Assembly (NCBI RefSeq): GCF_001194135.2
Contig: NC_068988.1
Span: 33,256,597 to 33,308,881 of the forward strand
Origin: Octopus bimaculoides
Taxonomy: Eukaryota
Direction of reading: 5' to 3'
Length of the DNA: 52,285 bases
The position numbers and the translations under genes were made by a program. The first letter of the stretch is position 1; the number at the start of each line of letters is the position of its first letter. Under the pieces are notes generated by a model. The model ran no database searches, was not told the DNA's origin, and saw only the letters and a list, made by a program, of their open reading frames with translations. Shown in pieces: positions 49,465 through 52,285 of this stretch.

Positions 49465-52207
49465 ATCATGCGAAGTCTTGTACTATGTTTTTTTTTTGAG
49501 GCTCAAGACATTTCATACACCCCACGTATATATACATACATACATACAACAAGCATATTAGCTAGATAATCTTTACAAGAGATGAAAGCAGTAACTAGAC
49601 TTAGAAGTAATATTTATTGTCACCTAAACAAGGCTTTGTTGAAAGAACCCACGTTACTGCTATTTTAACCCCAGGATGATGCCTCCTCCAGCAAATTATT
49701 CGATGCAACCTACACCTGATATATATTGCAAGCAGGGCAGTGAACTCTTATCAACTTCCACTATCACCTTCGGTGTTGGATACTCGTCTGCTAGAGATAG
49801 CATTAGTTCACTCCAGCTCGAAATATATGGAAACCAAGTGACACTCAGTGACTGTTCTTGCAACGAGGAAGTTAATTCGTCCAAACATTCTTATAACGAT
49901 TTTATAACTATATATACACACAGATATATGCACGCGCGCGTATGGGTGTATGCATAAGTAGGTGAATTAATTCAAATTTATCGGTATTCATTTATACATT
50001 CAGCCATGACGAAACTATTACAAGCTATGGATTATATTGGCAATATAAGATATTATATAATATAAGATATTAAAAATGAAAACGCTCACATAACCAATGG
50101 TCAAATGCCTGCTGCACTAATGAATATATTTTACCTCTTATGTTATTGAAACAGATGTAACCAAAGGATAAACGTGATACCCGTACCGCACTTATTTTGC
50201 ATGTTCTATAATTCGTGATTTAAGTATATCCATTTCTGGTGAATACATGCCAGAGTAGAAGCATTGTTTCTTTCTACGCATTCTCTTCGCAGGGGTGCTG
50301 ATAGTAGTAGCTGCCTTGTTTGTCTCATCCACTTTCCTTTAATATACACACACTCTCACTCACACACGCGCACGCACACAAAAACGCTAACACACTATCA
50401 TATATGCATGCGTATTATGTGTGAATTGTTATTTATTTACTCAAACATTTACAGAAAATATTTGATAAAAATACGGTGGTATAAATTCTGAAAGGCGCTG
50501 CTGGGTTACATGAGTTGTGGTTTAGTGTATATAATTATGCTATCATTTTCATTTGACACACTAGTTTCGCAATCAAATAATGATACGCATCGGCATGTCC
50601 GCCAGCATACATTTATATACAACAGTGCATTGAAATCCATGGATTATACCACAATTAAGGAAGACAAAGCTCACATTTTCGATGCATGTTTAATAAATTC
50701 TTGTTAGTCGTGACGAACCAGCTTTCGATTTTCATGTATAATTCATTTTAGAATTAGCAAGCTCCAAGTAACTGCAATTGACCTATAATTGAGTGGTTGT
50801 ATAAGAGCAAATACGATCCAGTTGGTACATATTTCGGTACAAAAAAATGTATATTTCATATATTAATTCATTCTCAGGAAAAAAACAAAGAATTATGACA
50901 CGCGGGAGAAAATACGATGGCACTTTGATGGGCCTCACTAGCGTATAATTTGATACGTGTTGATCTAAAAAAGTGTCGTTTTGTGATATCTGAAAAATGA
51001 CTGTATCATTTAAAGTGGTTTCTTTCTGGACCTACGACGAAGTTACTTTGCTTCCTCAAGATGCATACAAATACACAACACAACCTATTGAATACTATAT
51101 CTCTATAAATGAGAGCTAATTTCAAACATATATATTTGTGCTGAAAATCGTAGAAAAATCTAACATATTTTTGGGCGGCAATATTTTATACAAAAATAGG
51201 GAAATCGCTTTGCATTTCAAACAAGTAACAAAACGATGCGCATGAATTATGAAAAAGTTGCTTACACAAATCATTGGAAAATTCTAACGAAAATAGGACG
51301 AGAAAATTAGTTTAGGAAGAGAATGTTGTCCAACTTACGGCTAACATGTCTCGCAAAAGCTTCATATTAGAAGATATGGATCAAACAATCCATAAAATAT
51401 AGAACAGCAAGTTTCCATGCGCATCAGTGAGTATTTAATTATTCTCCTTTATACGGTTTATAATATGCAATAATAGTCATAACAATAAAACCGAAATAGG
51501 AAACCGTTCATAAAAAATGGACATGCATAGGAGAAACACAAACTTTGCGAAAACATCGTAATAAAATATGGCATAAAATGCAAAGAATTGCATGGCATGC
51601 TATCATGATACCTGTCTCCATGTAATACAGGAGAATGAAATCACCACCAGTACCTTACGCACGTCAGGTAGAAGGTATCATCAGTAATCAATTGCAGCCA
51701 ATGACAAACTAAACCAAAGAAATTTACCACTTCTTTGGGAGTGGCAGAAAGTGGGAGGCTAAAGACTCCCTATGCTGCAAGATGCTCTGGTTGAAGTGAC
51801 CTACAACTAATAATAAATTAATGGTTAACTTGTTGGTGTCATTTTATAAGAGTCAAAATTTCTTGTCCAGTAATTTCTTCTACTTGCAAATCTTTGTTTT
51901 GCTTGCAAATATTCGGATTTAGCGAGATTCCGTCTCTGGTTTAGGCTTTATATTAAATATAATGGGATAAAATGACAACGTTTATGAGAAAAGTAAGATT
52001 TTAAATTTTACCCTTAAAATCCCCATAACATGATATTCTCATCCGTGTAGTTTTTATGGACAAGTATATAATACAGGAACATTAAATTGACGTTAAGAAC
52101 CTCCTACACGATGGTATAAGGCTGTTTACTTTAAACATTTCTGTAAATAAATGAAAACATGATTTAACGTTTCTTCCTCTAACCAACAAAAATGCAGATT
52201 GAAATAG

Positions 52208-52208
<1 letters not shown>

Positions 52209-52285
<77 letters not shown>
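52209..52285. repeat. (ATT)n trinucleotide microsatellite running off the window end
   Basis: Perfect array of about 25 units. Confidence 0.98.

Noticed and set aside
49675-50342. Two plus-strand acceptor-like sites (49675 and 50293), the second giving GVLIVVAALFVSSTFL* like a GPI/TM tail
   Set aside because: No convincing donor links them and there is no homology. Needs RNA-seq before being called.

Overview
This window is AT-rich eukaryotic (animal) DNA that is intronic or intergenic and saturated with repeats. It has 12 N-gaps, most next to (TA)n tracts, and many (CA)n, (TA)n, (GATA)n, (TTC)n and (ATT)n microsatellites. The repeat mix resembles a coleoid cephalopod such as Octopus; this is an inference from recalled repeat families and was not database-checked. 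No intact host gene, rRNA, tRNA or CRISPR array is supported, and most ORF-track entries are microsatellite or gap artefacts. Decayed mobile elements include an R4/Dong-like RLE LINE 3' end (1-962), tRNA-derived SINEs, a Chapaev-like transposase remnant (6633-7330), three mariner remnants and a Tc1 element with long TIRs (39927-41260). There is also an ORF1/zinc-knuckle-only retroelement mosaic (18120-20495), a Tx1/L1 LINE lacking its RT and sitting in (GATA)n (28965-31495), and a Penelope-like element with an inverted structure (37530-39600). The most striking signal is RNA-structural. A 241-bp element has perfect 70-bp inverted repeats (13978-14218), and its 101-bp spacer holds a complete minimal type I hammerhead ribozyme (CUGAAGA/GAAA core, palindromic ACCGGU stem III, GUC cleavage site). 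A second hammerhead motif lies in the Penelope pseudo-LTR (37581-37668, minus strand), and its inverted sister copy has both core boxes mutated. Still unexplained are a ~1.8-kb decayed coding-like segment (7386-9230) and a candidate signal-peptide exon (35036-35225, minus strand).
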